Positions 61,322 to 64,000 of a DNA stretch of 64,000 bases are shown one piece after another. Position numbers and translations under genes: made by a program. Each line of letters begins with the position of its first letter. Position 1 is the stretch's first letter. The notes under the pieces were generated by a model. It did no database searches. It worked only from the letters and a program-made list of their open reading frames with translations, and was not told where the DNA came from. Origin of the DNA: an uncultured virus (IMG/VR IMGVR_UViG_3300025138_000019) (lineage: Duplodnaviria > Heunggongvirae > Uroviricota > Caudoviricetes); the IMG/VR virus record IMGVR_UViG_3300025138_000019; one strand, given 5' to 3'.

Positions 61322-61759
61322 ATGGCATATAAAACAAAATTTAATCCAATAAACACAAGCAAATACGCTGGAAATGTGAAAAACATCATTTGCAGATCTT
61401 TGTGGGAAAGAAAAGTCTGTAAATATTTAGATGAAAATAAAAATGTTTTACAATGGGGAAGTGAAGAGCTGATAATTCCATATGTTTCACCAGTTGACAA
61501 TAAAGCACATCGATACTATCCAGACTTTATAGCAGAAATAAGAACAAAAGACGGTGATGTAAAAACATTTGTTATAGAAGTCAAACCAGAAAAACAGACA
61601 AAAAAGCCACAAAAGAAGAAGAAGTCCAAAAGAACATTTTTATCAGAAGTAAAAACTTATGCGGTAAACGAAGCAAAATGGATTGCCGCGACTAAATACT
61701 GTGAGGAAAAAGGTTGGCATTTTAAAATAGTAACAGAAAAAACCCTCAACATAAGGTAA
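61322..61759 (+). CDS. gp4: Head completion nuclease
   Basis: MAYK.KF.P.N..KY.G, RSLWER, WGSEE..IPY.SP.D..HRYYPDF, IEVKP, N.AKW.AA. Confidence 0.95.
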   Translation: MAYKTKFNPINTSKYAGNVKNIICRSLWERKVCKYLDENKNVLQWGSEELIIPYVSPVDNKAHRYYPDFIAEIRTKDGDVKTFVIEVKPEKQTKKPQKKKKSKRTFLSEVKTYAVNEAKWIAATKYCEEKGWHFKIVTEKTLNIR

Positions 61760-61762
61760 GAA

Positions 61763-62419
61763 ATGTCCTCACTATCAAAATTAAAAACATTCTTTAGTAC
61801 CACAGAACACCCTGCAAGAACTAACAAGTTTGAAGCAAGTTGGCGAGGACTCTCACGATCTGGAGATCTTGAAGATCCTAATGATCCTGTAGCAATAAAA
61901 TCAGTATCGTTTCCGGGAATGACAGTTGAGTTTGATACTCAAGAATTTCAGGGTCTTAGAAGACAAATACCAAGAAAAAGAAATAACACACAGCAACTTT
62001 TGGTAACTTTTTGGCTTGGTAGTAAATTAACCTTATACGCACAAATATCAGACTGGATGAAGGCTGTAAGTGGTATAGATGACAGTACGGGTACTAGTTA
62101 TAGACCATCCAATAAAGTTCCATATATAAGCACTGATAACTTATATAATGATAAGATAAAAGATTGTTGGTTGTCTTTGCAACTTGAAGATATTTGGACG
62201 GGAAAAATCCCCATAGATGATGGAACCGTGACTGGGGATTTTCCAGCAATATTGTTTGTGGGTGAAGCATATCCAGTTGCTATTCAACCGATAAATCTTT
62301 CTATTGATCAACCAAATGAATTTGCAACCTTCGACGTTCTTTTTAACTATGTTGATATAAAATATCAGCCAGCAACAAGAGTGTCCTTTCCTAATTTTGG
62401 CGGATCGGCATTCGCATAA
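61763..62419 (+). CDS. gp54: Tail tube initiator (gp54-like, tube fold)
   Basis: AR.N.F.., V.FPG, AYP..I..I.L, F.V.F.Y; synteny. Confidence 0.65.
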   Translation: MSSLSKLKTFFSTTEHPARTNKFEASWRGLSRSGDLEDPNDPVAIKSVSFPGMTVEFDTQEFQGLRRQIPRKRNNTQQLLVTFWLGSKLTLYAQISDWMKAVSGIDDSTGTSYRPSNKVPYISTDNLYNDKIKDCWLSLQLEDIWTGKIPIDDGTVTGDFPAILFVGEAYPVAIQPINLSIDQPNEFATFDVLFNYVDIKYQPATRVSFPNFGGSAFA

Positions 62420-62435
62420 AACGGAGATTTAAACT

Positions 62436-63164
62436 ATGATTTCAGAATTACTAACACTTGATCTTCCTAAGTATCAAGTTGAAATTCCATCTAAGAAGAA
62501 AAAAACTTTTCTTAGACCCTTCTTGGTAAAAGAAGAAAAGGTTCTCCTCCAGGCTCAAGAGACCGGAGACGCAGCCTCTATTCTCAAAGCTTTAGGAGAA
62601 ATGATACAATGTTGCGTAGAAAATGTGGGGAATCCATATGAGTTACCACTATTTGATATCGAATATCTGTTTATAAAGTTAAGAGAAAAGTCTGTTGATG
62701 AAACAGTATCTCCTGCTATAATTTGCCCAGAATCAAACGAGAGAATTGAACTTAAAATAAACTTAGCAGATATTGAATTAAAAACAGAAGATGCACACAC
62801 CAATAAAATAAAATTAAGTGAAACCGTTGAAGTCCATATGAAATATCCAACTCTGATGGATTATATCGATCTTCAAACATTGGATGCAACATCTTCCGAA
62901 GTATTATACAAACTTATCGTCAAGTGTATAAACAAAATACAAACTCCAGAAGAACTAATAAGTGATGTCCAATCACTAAATGAAACTGAAATAGAAGAGT
63001 TTGTAAACTCAATGACAAACTCACAGTTTGAATCTGTATTGAATTTCTTTGCAACTATGCCTAGATTAGAAAAAGAAGTTTCATATGAAACGAAAGATGG
63101 AAAAACCAAGAAAGTGCTGTTTAGAGGATTGTCTGATTTTTTTCTATTGCCCTCAGCCACATAA
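62436..63164 (+). CDS. gp26: Baseplate hub assembly protein / tail assembly chaperone
   Basis: P.Y...IPS......RPFLVKEEK.LL, FDIEYLF.KLR.KSV.E, MKYP, FF.TMP.L, GL.DFF. Confidence 0.9.
   Translation: MISELLTLDLPKYQVEIPSKKKKTFLRPFLVKEEKVLLQAQETGDAASILKALGEMIQCCVENVGNPYELPLFDIEYLFIKLREKSVDETVSPAIICPESNERIELKINLADIELKTEDAHTNKIKLSETVEVHMKYPTLMDYIDLQTLDATSSEVLYKLIVKCINKIQTPEELISDVQSLNETEIEEFVNSMTNSQFESVLNFFATMPRLEKEVSYETKDGKTKKVLFRGLSDFFLLPSAT
63137..63143 (+). other. Candidate -1 programmed ribosomal frameshift site (T TTT TTT)
   Basis: XXXYYYZ heptamer in the gp26 frame; the -1 frame opens right after a TGA (63134-63136) and runs into gp51. Confidence 0.7.
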
Positions 63165-63199
63165 ATCTTCTCTACCATTACAATATAAATTTTCAACTT

Positions 63200-63343
63200 A
63201 TGCACAACTTTAATTACACAAGAGGTGATCTGGAAAATTTACTATGTTGGGAAAGAGAGATTTTAGTGTCACAAGTGGGGGAAGTAATTCGAGCGGAAAA
63301 TGAAAGACTTGAACAAATGATGGCCAAACAAAGAGGATTCTGA
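63200..63343 (+). CDS. gp51: gp51-like baseplate hub assembly protein (probably made as a gp26 frameshift extension)
   Basis: Not in the ORF track. MHNFNYTRGDLENLLCWEREILVSQV..E.ER matches the M.H..YSL.E.EN..PWER.IY pattern; no RBS before the ATG. Confidence 0.75.
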   Translation: MHNFNYTRGDLENLLCWEREILVSQVGEVIRAENERLEQMMAKQRGF

Positions 63344-63346
63344 TAA

Positions 63347-64000
63347 ATGGAAAATCACTTAGACTTTTTTAAAGAAAAAAAGAAATCTCGTTCGAATCAG
63401 GGCGATGGTGTTTTATTATCTGCCATATCAAATCTTAAAAAGGACAGAGTAAAAAAGTCTAATCTGAAAAAGAGTAACATCAAAAAGACAAACGTAGCCA
63501 ACATAGTAGAGGGAGATATATCTGATAATTATGTAATTCCAGATCAACAAACTCCACCTCCTGACTTTTATTCTGGTTCTGATTATAAAAAAAAAGAAGA
63601 TCAGGTAACCAAAGAAACCGTAGATAAAAATTACATAACAAAAATAGTAAATGGAATAGTAAATAATAAATTTCATTCTGTAAAAAGTAATTATGTTGTA
63701 AAACAGCCACAGAATATTATTTACAATACGATAAAATCACCAGAGCAAAAGCTGTATAGAATGGATAAAAGAAATTTTAAAAATTCTCCAGCAGAACAAA
63801 AAATTTACAGACTAAATCAAAATAATGTTGTTGTATCACCAGAAGAAATGTTTAATCAGGCTCCACCTGTTAAATCGGTGAAGAATGGATCAACCAAATC
63901 TAATTTTACTAGATTACCAGAACAACGACTAAACACAGCAGAGCAGATATCAAACGAATCTAATTTTACTAGATTACCAGAACAACGACTAAACACAGCA
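63347..64000 (+). CDS. Low-complexity, repeat-containing ORF in the tape-measure/gp29 position, truncated by the right edge
   Basis: Manual translation MENHLDFFKEKKK... is open to the window end; ends in SNFTRLPEQRLNTA repeats. Confidence 0.65.
   Translation, partial: MENHLDFFKEKKKSRSNQGDGVLLSAISNLKKDRVKKSNLKKSNIKKTNVANIVEGDISDNYVIPDQQTPPPDFYSGSDYKKKEDQVTKETVDKNYITKIVNGIVNNKFHSVKSNYVVKQPQNIIYNTIKSPEQKLYRMDKRNFKNSPAEQKIYRLNQNNVVVSPEEMFNQAPPVKSVKNGSTKSNFTRLPEQRLNTAEQISNESNFTRLPEQRLNTA
63897..64000 (+). repeat. 60-bp in-frame tandem repeat
   Basis: 63897-63940 is identical to 63957-64000 (44 nt of the second copy are visible). Confidence 0.9.

Noticed and set aside
63428..63710. Hydrophobic minus-strand ORFs that look like membrane proteins (holin-like)
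   Set aside because: They are the antisense reading of the A-rich plus-strand ORF starting at 63347.
63897..64000. Direct repeat considered as a CRISPR array
   Set aside because: The period is 60 nt and in frame within an open ORF, the intervening 16 nt is too short for a spacer, and no cas genes are visible.

Overview
This 64 kb window is the core of a large T4-like (Tevenvirinae/Kyanoviridae-type) myophage genome in the standard genetic code. Genes are on the minus strand up to about 61.3 kb and on the plus strand after that. From left to right it holds: (i) three glycosyltransferase-like genes; (ii) a replication/regulation block (regA, gp62, gp44, gp45, RNase H, gp46, gp47, gp55, uvsW, uvsY) with unusual insertions, namely a GroES co-chaperonin between gp44 and gp62, a translationally coupled PLP enzyme + amino-methyltransferase pair, and a degenerate SET-domain protein between gp47 and gp46; (iii) a trypsin-like protease/Ig-like protein after gp3; (iv) the head/neck/tail module gp23 to gp13; (v) about 15.5 kb of collagen-tipped, very cysteine-rich 'GACC-repeat' proteins, including one of 2494 aa, with DUF1566/C-lectin-like domains, in the slot where T4 has gp9-gp12/wac; (vi) baseplate genes gp8, gp7, gp6, gp25, a split gp27-like hub, gp53 and gp48; and (vii) the divergent gp4, gp54, gp26 and gp51 genes, with a clear candidate -1 programmed frameshift between gp26 and gp51, followed by a repeat-containing ORF that runs off the window. 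The Cys-repeat modules resemble ones I recall from Planctomycetota (Phycisphaerales) proteins, which may hint at the host. All assignments come from motif recognition and synteny by eye; no searches were run. I saw no tRNA, CRISPR array, intron or intein.
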